From assembly GCA_965198115.1 (NCBI GenBank), contig OZ240241.1, positions 6,080,001-6,144,000 of the forward strand: a stretch of 64,000 nt of DNA. The letters are read 5' to 3'. The stretch's first letter is position 1. The number at the start of each line of letters is the position of its first letter. The notes under the pieces are model-generated. The model did not search any database and was not told where the DNA came from. It saw only the letters and a list, made by a program, of their open reading frames with translations. Position numbers and translations under genes: made by a program. The DNA comes from Candidatus Latescibacterota bacterium (GTDB lineage: Bacteria; Latescibacterota; UBA2968). Positions 1 through 9,637 of the stretch are shown here, piece by piece.

Positions 1-681
1 ACCGCACTGAACGGAGTCACCGCCGAGGTTTCATCCGGGGGCGCTCTGTGTCTTCTCGGCCCGAACGGCGCAGGCAAGACGACCCTGATACGCCTCATCG
101 CAGCACTCTCTCGGCCAACCTCGGGCACGATCCACGTAGAGGGTATCGACCTGTCCAAACAGCCCGAGCGAATCCGCCGCAGGCTCGGCGTTATTTCCCA
201 CCAGACCATGCTCTACGACGACCTCACCGCACGTGAGAACCTCCGGTTTTACGGCGACCTGTATGGGGTCGAAAATATGAACCACAGGATCGATCGCGTT
301 CTCGACAATGTCGGTTTGGCCGGAAACGAACATCAACGGTTCCGTACGTTCAGCCGCGGAATGAAGCAACGTCTGGCCATCGCTCGAGCGGTGCTCCACG
401 ACCCCAGCATTCTGCTCCTCGACGAGCCATTCACCGGTCTCGACACGGCGGCGCGAGACACGCTCGCTGCCAGCATTCTCGACTTTCGCGAGGAAGGTCG
501 CACCATCGTCCTCGTAACCCACGACCTCACGCAGGCCTTCGCCCTCAGCGACGAATTCATTCTTCTCTCACGAGGTCGCATCGTTCGCCACGGCAAGACC
601 GCCGACACAACCCTCGACGATCTACAATCCCTCTACCGGACCGCCGTCGACGCGGACACCACCCTCGAGCCCACCCAATGA
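1..681 (+). CDS. ccmA: Heme export ABC transporter ATP-binding protein CcmA (5' truncated by window)
   Basis: Frame is open from base 1. Walker A GPNGAGKT, signature FSRGMKQR, Walker B LLLDEPF. Lies upstream of ccmB/C/D-like genes. Confidence 0.9.
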   Translation, partial: TALNGVTAEVSSGGALCLLGPNGAGKTTLIRLIAALSRPTSGTIHVEGIDLSKQPERIRRRLGVISHQTMLYDDLTARENLRFYGDLYGVENMNHRIDRVLDNVGLAGNEHQRFRTFSRGMKQRLAIARAVLHDPSILLLDEPFTGLDTAARDTLAASILDFREEGRTIVLVTHDLTQAFALSDEFILLSRGRIVRHGKTADTTLDDLQSLYRTAVDADTTLEPTQ

Positions 682-784
682 CAGATTTTCACTTTCACTC
701 AGAGCGATCGGACGAAGAGATCGCCACGCCTGCTCTCCCGCTCGCCCAGTCTCCCGTTCACCCGCTCGGTACAGAGACGACCCC

Positions 785-1468
785 GTGACTCTCTTCACGA
801 GACAAACCCTCGCCATCCTCCACAAGGACCTCCGAATCGAGTTCCGTGGAAAAGAACGACTCAGCAGCATGATCTTCTTCGCGGCGCTCGTGCTTCTCAT
901 CTTCAGCTTTGCGCTGACACCCGGATCTGCTGCCATGGTCGATGGTGCCGGCGGTATCTTCTGGATCACGGTCGTCTTCTCCGGCTTCCTTGGTCTGAGT
1001 CGATCCTTCGCGCAGGAGCAGATCAACGATTGCATGATGGGGTTGCTGCTCGCTCCGGCAGATCGTGCCGCCATCTATCTCGGCAAGACACTCGGAAACT
1101 TTTTAACGATGACGCTGCTCGAGATCTTCCTGTTGCCCGCGTTCGCCATCCTGCTTAACGTGCCCGTTGTGAAGCCACTCCCCGGTCTGATACCGGTCAT
1201 CCTGTTGGGCACGTTGGGCTTCGCATCCGTGGGCACGCTGTTCTCTGCTATGTCCGTCAACACCCGTCTTAAAGAGGCGATGGTGCCGCTCTTGACGCTC
1301 CCGATCCTCGTGCCGGTCATTCTCGCGTCCGTTGAATCGTTCAACGCCCTTCTGTCAGGAGGGAGTCTTTCGTCTGTCGGGGCGTGGGTTCGCACTTCCG
1401 CGGCCTTCTGTTGTATTTTCTTTGTGACTTGTCTCATCCTGTTCGACTACGTCGTGGAGGAATCGTGA
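785..1468 (+). CDS. ccmB: Heme exporter protein CcmB
   Basis: KDLRIEFR N-terminal motif, about 6 TM helices, LLTLPILVPVI motif typical of CcmB. Confidence 0.9.
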   Translation: MTLFTRQTLAILHKDLRIEFRGKERLSSMIFFAALVLLIFSFALTPGSAAMVDGAGGIFWITVVFSGFLGLSRSFAQEQINDCMMGLLLAPADRAAIYLGKTLGNFLTMTLLEIFLLPAFAILLNVPVVKPLPGLIPVILLGTLGFASVGTLFSAMSVNTRLKEAMVPLLTLPILVPVILASVESFNALLSGGSLSSVGAWVRTSAAFCCIFFVTCLILFDYVVEES

Positions 1469-2178
1469 GTCGTCGATTCTACCTGTTGTCCACCGTCTTC
1501 GGCGCGCTCGCGCTCGTCGGCATGATCATCACGCCCTGGATGGCGCTGGTCCAGGCCGGTATCGAACAACAGATGGGCGTTGCGCAAAAAATCATGTACT
1601 ACCACGTCCCCTCGGCTTTCATGATGTATCTGGGCTTCTTCATCTGCTTCATCTTCAGCATTCTGTATCTTTGGAAACAGAACAAGCGCTACGATCTCTG
1701 GGCATCTTCCGCTGCCGAAGTCGGTTTACTCTTCTGTGTGCTCGTCCTTCTGTCGGGACCTCTCTGGGCAAAGCCCATCTGGAACGCCTGGTGGGTATGG
1801 GATGCCCAGCTCACACTCGTCTTCGTCACGTTCCTCATCTTCGTCGCATACGCGATGCTCAAGAGCTACAGCGAAGAGTCGATTCAGAGCGCCAAGTTCA
1901 GAGCCGTCCTCGGCATTATCGGCTTCCTCGACGTGCCACTCATCCACTACTCCGTCAAGCTCTGGCGCACCCATCATCCAGCCGTCGTCCGAGCCGACAG
2001 TTCTGGTTTACCTCCGGACATGACCAACGCCCTGATCGCCTGCGTACTGACGTGGCTCGCTCTGTTCTGCGCCATTCTGTTCCGTCGTGTCTCGGTCGAA
2101 ATGGCTCGAGACGAACTCGATTACCTGAAGGCCGAGATCCGAGACCGCAAAGCCATCCTCGGCCAAATGGCGACATAG
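1465..2178 (+). CDS. ccmC: Cytochrome c biogenesis heme-delivery protein CcmC
   Basis: GTG start overlaps the ccmB stop (GTGA). YYHVP motif, Trp-rich WAKPIWNAWWVWDA motif, WRTHHP. Confidence 0.92.
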   Translation: MSRRFYLLSTVFGALALVGMIITPWMALVQAGIEQQMGVAQKIMYYHVPSAFMMYLGFFICFIFSILYLWKQNKRYDLWASSAAEVGLLFCVLVLLSGPLWAKPIWNAWWVWDAQLTLVFVTFLIFVAYAMLKSYSEESIQSAKFRAVLGIIGFLDVPLIHYSVKLWRTHHPAVVRADSSGLPPDMTNALIACVLTWLALFCAILFRRVSVEMARDELDYLKAEIRDRKAILGQMAT

Positions 2179-2377
2179 GTTGGCGCACTCAAGCCCCGAA
2201 CGCGAAGTTTTCGCGGCCGACTGCGTACGACAGCTGCTCCTGAGTAGGTTTCGTGAGGAACAAATCGAATGGGCATTGTCCCATGACTTGCACACAACAC
2301 AATCGCAGGGTTTCACGGCCCACGGCTCACGGCCGACCGCCCACGACCCTTGCTTCACTACTGTAAACAGGTTCGCA

Positions 2378-2542
2378 ATGCAATTCCTCGAATACATGGC
2401 CGCCGCCTACGCCATCATCTGGGCTGCCATCCTTGTCTACTTCCTGATGTTGGGAAAGAAAGAAAAAGAGATCTGGGAAGAGATTCACGAGGTTCGCAAG
2501 AGATTGTCCGAAGGCGAAAACGCCCCAAGACCCGACGCATAA
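2378..2542 (+). CDS. ccmD: CcmD-family small membrane protein
   Basis: 54 aa; AAYAIIW single TM helix followed by a charged helix; position after ccmC. Confidence 0.75.
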   Translation: MQFLEYMAAAYAIIWAAILVYFLMLGKKEKEIWEEIHEVRKRLSEGENAPRPDA

Positions 2543-2644
2543 TTCGCCACTGCGTTCGACGTCACTCCTGGTTGATCTTGAATTCTCCGTGTTCTCCGTG
2601 CCCGGAGTTTATCCCGAGCGGAGTCGAGGGGTGGTAGGTTTTTC

Positions 2645-3406
2645 ATGGCCGTCACTGGATCCAAACGCATCCTCACCCTGAAAAAGCGAAAAGCCCGCGA
2701 GCGTGAGCGGGCTTTCTTGATTGAAGGGGTGCGTCTGTGCGAAGAAGCTGTTTCGTCAGCGCCCGACAACGTCGAGCAACTCATCTTCGCGCGGGACATG
2801 CTCGACAACCAACGACTCGCCGAACTCAAGTCGCTGGCGGAATCGAAAAACCTCACCGTTCAGCTCACCGACCGCCGGGCGCTCAAAGGCATGTGTGAAA
2901 CCGAGACGCCTCAGGGCGTGCTCGGCGTCGCCCGCATTCCCGACCGGGATCGTCAGGCTGCGCTCTCCTCCGGCCGGACCCTCGTCCTACTCGATCGAAT
3001 TCGTGATCCGGGCAATCTCGGACTTATCCTCCGTACGGCCGAGGCAGCGGGAGCTGGCGGGGTATTCCTCTTGAAAGGATCGGTCGAGCTCTACAATCCG
3101 AAGGTCGTTCGCTCCACGATGGGATCCATCTTCCGCCTTCCTGTCTTTTTGGATGAGCGCCCACCCAAACTCATCAGCGAACTGAAGTCCGTGTCGGTTC
3201 CGATCGTCGCCACTTCGATCGATGCCCCGTCCTTCGACGAAATCGACCTGCCCACACCACGCGCCTTTCTCCTCGGGAACGAAGCCTTCGGCGTAGACCC
3301 GGCGCTCCTTGAATCCGCGGACCACGCCGTTTCGATCCCCATGGCCGGACCCGTCAACTCCCTTAACGTCGCCATCGCCGCCGCGGTCCTGCTCTACCAC
3401 TCGTAG
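2645..3406 (+). CDS. TrmH/SpoU family RNA methyltransferase
   Basis: FLIEG, DPGNLGLILRTA, GNEAFG, IPM and SLNVA SPOUT motifs. Confidence 0.92.
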   Translation: MAVTGSKRILTLKKRKARERERAFLIEGVRLCEEAVSSAPDNVEQLIFARDMLDNQRLAELKSLAESKNLTVQLTDRRALKGMCETETPQGVLGVARIPDRDRQAALSSGRTLVLLDRIRDPGNLGLILRTAEAAGAGGVFLLKGSVELYNPKVVRSTMGSIFRLPVFLDERPPKLISELKSVSVPIVATSIDAPSFDEIDLPTPRAFLLGNEAFGVDPALLESADHAVSIPMAGPVNSLNVAIAAAVLLYHS

Positions 3407-3524
3407 GTCCGTCTCCCCGCGCTTCCGTCTCTGATTTCAGTCCTTTCTCCCGTCTCATTGTCGCTACGCATCGCCTATATTCCCATATCTGTCTCGTCAG
3501 CTAACTGTCGGGTTTGGAGGTAGA

Positions 3525-4976
3525 ATGCAGGGATTCGTCGGGCCGCTTGCAGTCACCGGACTGTGCGTGACCGTCCTCTTTTCACCCGTTGAGGCGCAAA
3601 CCTCATTCGGAGCATCGCCCGACTCGGCTGTCGTGGACACGCTTTACTTCCACGATCCTTACGATCTTTCCGCTGCCGCGCCCGTCGACAGTTCGGATGT
3701 CTACAGCTCACCCGGACGTTCGATTCTATCCTTTCCACAGGTTCTCTGGGACGTCCTTGTCTATCCCATCGGCGAGTTCACGATCTACGCCGAACACGGC
3801 AAACTCCTTCAGCAGTACTATTCGTGGTTCACGAACGCCGACGGCACCATCGGCGTCTTCCCCAGCGTCGCCCTCGGGGGCGAAACGGGGACGGGCGGAG
3901 GACTTCGCGCATTCCACACCAACCTCTGGAACAAGGAAAAGATCCTCACCGGTCAGTACATCTACTCGGGTGGCCGAGGACAGACCGGGCTGGCAGCTTA
4001 CATCGATCCAGACCTGTTTGGATCGGGGCTGCACGGGATTATCGACGTGGATTTCCTCCGAACGCGCCACGACGATTCCAGCATCAACGCCGCGATCGAA
4101 GAGGACGACACCCGTGTTTTCCGTCTCGACAGCATCGACCTCACGAGCAGCCTGAGATGGCGTAGAAACCGCGGTCCGATGTTTCCTTACAAGCCCAATA
4201 CGCAGGCAGAACTGTGGGTAGGTTACAGCCGGCGTGACTTCCGCGCTTTCCGCGGTGGAACGGGCTTACTGACAGATCAAGGATCGACACCTGAGGCGCG
4301 ACGCCTACGCGGCATCGGATCCAACTACACATTGTATCGGGTCGGTGGACGACTCACCCACGACGATCGCGACTACAAACGACCCCGCGACAGCGTCATC
4401 CTCCCACTCAATTACAAACTTCCGGGCAGGATCGCCATCGAGCACGAGGGACTCTACTACTTCTGGCGGGACCTCGGCTATCCGGAAAGCGGGGGCACAA
4501 TCCAGGGCGAACTCGAGCTCAACCACGGATCCGACGATTTCCGATTCGTCCGGATGGGTGCAGAGCTACAACGCTTCTTCACACTCTTCTGGCAAAACCG
4601 GATTCTCGCGGTTCGAGCACGGCTCGATAAAGTCTCGTCCCTCGGGAACCACTTCGTTCCATACACCGAATTGAGACGACTCGGCGGTGGAAACTCCGCA
4701 CGAGGCTACCAACGGGGATTTTTCACCGGTGAAGGGGCCGTCATCATCAATGTCGAATACCGGTGGCCTATCTGGGATACGTGGAATGCCTATCTCTTTT
4801 GGGATGAAGGTCAGGTCTTCGACCGATTCGGCGACATCTCCCGGGCGGGGTTTACGACATCCGTCGGGGGCGGTATCGCGATTCGTACCGAAATCGGCTT
4901 GATCGCAAAGGTCCAGGTCGGCCACAGTGCCGACAGCGCGGCACGTGTGAGCTTTGTGGTCGGAGGGGGATTCTGA
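3525..4976 (+). CDS. Omp85/BamA-TamA family outer-membrane beta-barrel without obvious POTRA domains
   Basis: Signal peptide, LGGGNSARGY (VRGY-like lid loop), VEYRWPI, FWDEGQV, C-terminal Phe. Confidence 0.8.
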   Translation: MQGFVGPLAVTGLCVTVLFSPVEAQTSFGASPDSAVVDTLYFHDPYDLSAAAPVDSSDVYSSPGRSILSFPQVLWDVLVYPIGEFTIYAEHGKLLQQYYSWFTNADGTIGVFPSVALGGETGTGGGLRAFHTNLWNKEKILTGQYIYSGGRGQTGLAAYIDPDLFGSGLHGIIDVDFLRTRHDDSSINAAIEEDDTRVFRLDSIDLTSSLRWRRNRGPMFPYKPNTQAELWVGYSRRDFRAFRGGTGLLTDQGSTPEARRLRGIGSNYTLYRVGGRLTHDDRDYKRPRDSVILPLNYKLPGRIAIEHEGLYYFWRDLGYPESGGTIQGELELNHGSDDFRFVRMGAELQRFFTLFWQNRILAVRARLDKVSSLGNHFVPYTELRRLGGGNSARGYQRGFFTGEGAVIINVEYRWPIWDTWNAYLFWDEGQVFDRFGDISRAGFTTSVGGGIAIRTEIGLIAKVQVGHSADSAARVSFVVGGGF

Positions 4977-5953
4977 GCACCCGCCCACTGCTACCCATTC
5001 TGATCGGGCTGATGTTCGGGTGCGCGACACCCCTCCTCAAACCCGACGAACTCGTGCCCGAAGTGCAGGGTCCGAGCGTGATTCAGCCCGGCGCAGAGGC
5101 GATTCGGTTCGCCGTGTATGGCGACAACCGATTGGCTCGCGGCCGTGTCGACCGGGATTCACTCTCGTCACGGCGGCGGCGGCGGCGACGCGTTACGGGT
5201 GCCATCGCCGCAGGACAACCGGACTTCGTTCTTCACACGGGCGATCTCGTGGAACGGGGCGACGATCGAGAGCTCTGGCAGGCCTTTCTGAGTGACTCGA
5301 GACCCCTGCTTCGGCCTCGCTACTTCTATCCTGCCGTCGGCAACCACGAATACAAGGGCGATTTCCTGGAGGCCTTTCACGAAATCGCGCCCAACGGAGC
5401 GAAAAACGTCAAGGGCTATGCGTTCCGGGCAGGGTCTTCCTACGTGATCGTCTTCGATTTCTCCGCGGAGCCTCATCCGACGGTCGCCGACGGATTTCAT
5501 TCGGCTTGGCTAAAGGAGCGTCTTCTGGTCGCACAATCGGCGCGCTTCCTGTTCGTCGTCAGCCACCACCCACTCTATTCGAGCGGCCGGGGACCGGTAG
5601 GGCGTTTTCTGATCAGTCGAGGGGAAGGCGGCCACGCCCCGCGCAAAAAGGACATCGCACTGAGATCGATCTTGCGTCAGAATCTTCAACAACGGAAGAG
5701 GCGAGATCCGTCCGCCAGAACCGTCGTCCTGACGGGTCACAGTCATTTCTACGAACGCTACGTCGCCGACGGAATCGACTACGTCGTGACCGGGGGGGGT
5801 GGTGCGCCGTCTCACACCCCGACTCGCACAGCCCCGCATCGGAAAGAAGCCTACGAAGGAGATCACTTCGTGGAAATTTCCTGCGCGGATGACACACTCA
5901 AGATCGACATGATTCCCGTAGGTACGGGGGACTGGATTCAAAGGGCACGATGA
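4973..5953 (+). CDS. Calcineurin-like metallophosphoesterase, predicted lipoprotein
   Basis: GDNR, TGDLV, GNHE, HHP and GHSH metal motifs. An in-frame CTG at 4973 overlaps the upstream stop, follows GGAGG, and gives STRPLLPILIGLMFG-C (lipobox-like). The ORF track start is 5012. Confidence 0.8.
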   Translation: MSTRPLLPILIGLMFGCATPLLKPDELVPEVQGPSVIQPGAEAIRFAVYGDNRLARGRVDRDSLSSRRRRRRRVTGAIAAGQPDFVLHTGDLVERGDDRELWQAFLSDSRPLLRPRYFYPAVGNHEYKGDFLEAFHEIAPNGAKNVKGYAFRAGSSYVIVFDFSAEPHPTVADGFHSAWLKERLLVAQSARFLFVVSHHPLYSSGRGPVGRFLISRGEGGHAPRKKDIALRSILRQNLQQRKRRDPSARTVVLTGHSHFYERYVADGIDYVVTGGGGAPSHTPTRTAPHRKEAYEGDHFVEISCADDTLKIDMIPVGTGDWIQRAR

Positions 5954-7617
5954 GACGTCTTGCCCATCCCATCCTGCTCGTATTATTCGGCGCTTGCACA
6001 TCGTCCCGGCCGCTCGTCACCGACCCCATCAAATGGGTCGACCTCGACAACGCGCCCATCCCCGAGCCGGCCGAAGTCGTCGAAAACCAGATCTGGGATA
6101 TCGCGGACCACACGATCTTCTATCAGCTCAGAAAAGTCATCGATGTGGGGTGGTCGGGACGTCGAATCGGAAACGCCCTCGGGGTCGCCGGCCATCGCCA
6201 GGCCGACAACGTCAACGCGCTCGACGAAGCCCCTGCGTCATCCTGGTTCCAAAACCGACACTACTTCCGTCGCCTGACCCGAGAGGAGCTCCAGATCGGC
6301 CCGGGTATCGCTGCCCCGGATTCAGAGAACGGATTGGAGGTCATCGCTGGAAAGTTCGAAGGAGGCACGGCCGGCTTCACGATTCGAGACAGCAGGGGTC
6401 AGCTTTACCTGCTCAAGTTCGACTCCGAAGGCAACAACGAGATGGGGTCCGCAGCCGAGGTCATTGCCACCAAAGTTTTCCACGCGTGCGGATACAACGT
6501 GCCCCGAAACTCTGTCTATTACTTCGATCCCGCTAAACTCAAGATCGGAGAGAAGACGACCGTCCCCGACGGAAAAGGCGGCAAGCACCCGATGCTCGAA
6601 GCCGATCTGCAGAGCATCCTCGACAACATCATCCCGCAGATGGACGGTCGGCTCCGGTGTGTGGCCAGCGAATTCTTGCGGGGGAGACCCGTCGGGATCT
6701 TCAACTACCACGGTCGACGCGAGGACGACCCGAACGACCGCGTTTCGCACGAGCATCGGCGCGAGCTGAGAGGCCTCCGCGTCATCGCGTCTTGGATGAA
6801 CGACGCGGATCGTCGCGCGGCCAATACGCTCGACATGTATGTCACGAACGGCGATCGACGAGGCTACGTGAAACATTACCTGATCGACATGGGCTCCGCG
6901 TTCGGCAGCAACAACCTCATGCCGCATCTCCCGAAATACGGGAACGAATACGTGTGGGACCCCGGCAACGTCGCAAAGTCCCTCGTAACGTTCGGATTTT
7001 GGGAAAAGCCCTGGGAGCGGCCTCTTCCCATGCCCTACCCCGCGCTCGGCTATTTCGAGAACGAAACGTTCGACGCCGAAGGATGGGTACCCACCTACCC
7101 GAATCCAGCCTTCGAAAGGACCACTGGCCGCGACGGGTATTGGAGCGCGAAGATCCTCCTGGCCTTCACCGACAACGATATCGCCGCGCTCGTCGAAATG
7201 GGCCACTACAGCGACCCCGGCGCAGCAGCGGAGCTGACACGATTGCTCATCGAACGACGCGACGAAATCGCCCGGTATTGGTTCACCCGGGTCAACCCTC
7301 TCGATCGGTTTACGGTCGATCGGCGGGGCATCAGGTTCCGTGATCTCGCCATCGACGGCGGACTCGAATCCCAGAGGGACACACGCTATCGCTACCGGTT
7401 CACCGGCGACAGCGGGCTGCCTTCGGGCCCCTTCCTGTCGCTCGAACCAGGCCAAACCGTTGCTCTGCCCGCAGATCTCCTCGCGGGGAGGTATTACGGG
7501 ATCGAGCTTCAGACCATCCGCATCAACGACAGGACCTGGAGCAAGGCCACTCGGGTCCTTTTCTTTAAACACGGACCCGGGCGCTACCAGATCGTCCGAG
7601 TCGAGCGAGAAGACTGA
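5950..7617 (+). CDS. Predicted lipoprotein with atypical (HipA/PI4K-like) protein-kinase-like fold
   Basis: LVLFGA-C lipobox; Gly-rich GKFEGGTAG; LLKFD Lys; AEVIA Glu; catalytic-loop-like DADRRAAN; metal-binding-like YLIDMG. ATGA overlap upstream, TGATG overlap downstream. Confidence 0.65.
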   Translation: MRRLAHPILLVLFGACTSSRPLVTDPIKWVDLDNAPIPEPAEVVENQIWDIADHTIFYQLRKVIDVGWSGRRIGNALGVAGHRQADNVNALDEAPASSWFQNRHYFRRLTREELQIGPGIAAPDSENGLEVIAGKFEGGTAGFTIRDSRGQLYLLKFDSEGNNEMGSAAEVIATKVFHACGYNVPRNSVYYFDPAKLKIGEKTTVPDGKGGKHPMLEADLQSILDNIIPQMDGRLRCVASEFLRGRPVGIFNYHGRREDDPNDRVSHEHRRELRGLRVIASWMNDADRRAANTLDMYVTNGDRRGYVKHYLIDMGSAFGSNNLMPHLPKYGNEYVWDPGNVAKSLVTFGFWEKPWERPLPMPYPALGYFENETFDAEGWVPTYPNPAFERTTGRDGYWSAKILLAFTDNDIAALVEMGHYSDPGAAAELTRLLIERRDEIARYWFTRVNPLDRFTVDRRGIRFRDLAIDGGLESQRDTRYRYRFTGDSGLPSGPFLSLEPGQTVALPADLLAGRYYGIELQTIRINDRTWSKATRVLFFKHGPGRYQIVRVERED

Positions 7618-7800
7618 TGAACGACGAACAGAAGAATCCGATCGAACGACTGCTGGGGCTATTCACCAAAGTACAGGCGGGCGAAGGGACGACTTGCTTG
7701 CTGCTCACACTGAACGTCTTCGCATTGCTCACCACCTACTACATCGTCAAACCCGTGCGTGAGGCGCTCATTCTCACGGGCGGTGGAGCCGAGGTCAAGA

Positions 7801-8442
7801 GTCATGACCTCCGGCAAAGCCGGAGGCTTGAAAACTTGTGAACCGCTCAAAGCGGTTGGAAACCAAGCGCCACCTAAAGGTGGCGATTACCTGAAAATGT
7901 TGAGCTGGTCGAGACGCCGGTCCTCCCGCTCCTGGTTCTGGATATACTCCCGAACCGTCTGTTCATCCTTGCCAACGGTGGAGACCCAGTAGCCTCTTGC
8001 CCAGAAATGCTGCCCGGTGAAGTTCGACCTAACCTACGTCCCAGATAGTTCCGAGCAATGTGAATCGCACTCTTTCCTTTGATGAACCCTACCGTCTGAG
8101 CTACTGAGTGCTTCGGCGGGATCGAAATCAGCATGTGCACATGGTCGGATCGCAGGTGACCCTCTTCCACACGGCATTCCTTCTGTGCGGCCAAATCCCG
8201 AATCACCTCGCCCAGATAGCGACGAATTTCACCATACAACACTTTTCTACGATACTTCCGAACCCAAACAACGTCATACTTGCACTCCCAAACCGTGTGA
8301 CGTAGACTCCTTACATTGTTCATTAGAGAGCCTTCCTTCCGTGTGCTTTGAGCGGTCCACGGCAAGGGAGGCTCTTACATATTTCTGGAACTGTCAAACT
8401 CTGGGAGTCTCCCCGGCAGAGCCGGGGGCTTACCAAGGTTTA
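7801..8442 (-). mobile_element. IS200/IS605-family element (tnpA only, 642 bp)
   Basis: Subterminal hairpins CCTCCGGC-AAA-GCCGGAGG and CCCCGGC-AGA-GCCGGGG. Host frame is restored on removal. Ends are ambiguous by up to 3 bp. Confidence 0.9.
7887..8323 (-). pseudogene. tnpA: IS200 Y1 transposase TnpA, frameshifted by a 5-bp duplication
   Basis: HUH motif DHVHM. FWARGY and YIQNQ lie in the shifted frame. ACCTA-ACCTA at 8027-8036. Confidence 0.85.
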
Positions 8443-9637
8443 GTTATGCTGCGGCCGGACAGAGCATTCTGTTGCTCGGGGCCGTCCCGTTGTATGGTTT
8501 TCTCGCGGGCAAATTTGCCCGTCGCCGGCTGATTAACACCGTCACGTTATTCTTCGTGGCGTGTCTGGTCGTCTTCTACCTCCTGGCCCAGGCGAAGGTG
8601 CCACTCGGTGTCGTTTTCTACCTCTGGGTTGGCGTTTTTAACCTCATGGTCATCGCTCAGTTCTGGGCGTTTGCTAACGACATCTACAGTGTCGACGTCG
8701 GGAACCGCCTCTTCCCCGTCGTTGCGTTCGGCGCCTCTTCGGGAGCGGTTGTCGGCAGCGCTCTGGCCGAACGTCTGATCGCCCCGGTCGGCGTCTATCA
8801 GCTGCTTTTGTTGTCCGCGGGACTGCTTGCTCTGACCCTGCTCGTCACCAACGCCATCGATCGACGTGAGAAGACGCCTTCTGGCGAGGGCACCGTCGTC
8901 CAATCCGATGAACCACTTGGCGACGAAAATGCCTTCCTTCTCGTCCTGAAAATCGATACCTGTTGCTCATCGCATTCATGATCCTCGTGCTTAATTGGGT
9001 GAACACGACGGGAGAGTTTATCCTCGGCCGCACCGTCGCCGCGGCAGCAGCGCAGGCTGTTGCCGATGGCTCGTCCGGCGGCCTGAATGAAGCTCAGTTT
9101 ATCGGAAAATTCTACGCGGGCTTCTTCACAGTCGTGAACCTGGCGGGGATGGTCGTGCAGCTCTTCCTGGTCTCCCGAATCGTGCGGTTCCTGGGTCTCC
9201 GGGTTGCCATTCTCATCCTCCCGGTCATCGCCTTCGGCGGCTACGCGCTCCTGGCCTTTTTCCCGATCCTGGCAGTCGTGCGCTGGGCCAAGACCGCGGA
9301 GAACGCGACGGACTACTCGCTTCAGAACACGGTGCGGCAAATCCTCTTCCTGCCCACGACACGAGAGCAGAAATACAAGGCCAAACAGGCGATCGACGGC
9401 TTCTTCGTCAGGGCGGGTGACGTGCTCTCTGCGCTCCTCGTCTATGTCGGCTTGAACCTACTCACCTTCGGAACGGCAGATTTCGCCGTCTTCAACATGG
9501 TGCTCGTACTCGCGTGGATCGTCCTGTCCGTCCTCATCGCTCGTCACAATCGCCAACTCACCGAGGAAGACCGAGAAGCCGCCTAGCCCTTCCATCGAGC
9601 GGGTGCGTTCACAGACCCCGATTCCCTATTTCACTTA

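Larger units (their letters stand above)
7617..9586 (+). pseudogene. Npt1/Npt2 (NTT/TLC) nucleotide transporter interrupted by an IS200-like element
   Basis: YYIVKPVREAL, QFWAFAND and KYKAKQAID NTT motifs. Removing 7801-8442 restores GGAEVKS-YAAAGQ in frame. An extra -1 indel in an A-run near 8950 is probably a sequencing error. Confidence 0.85.

Noticed and set aside
6322-7572. Long antisense ORFs (e.g. 416 aa here, 524 aa at 44134-45708, 357 aa at 55010-56083)
   Set aside because: Shadow ORFs of motif-bearing genes in GC-rich DNA, with no recognisable motifs.
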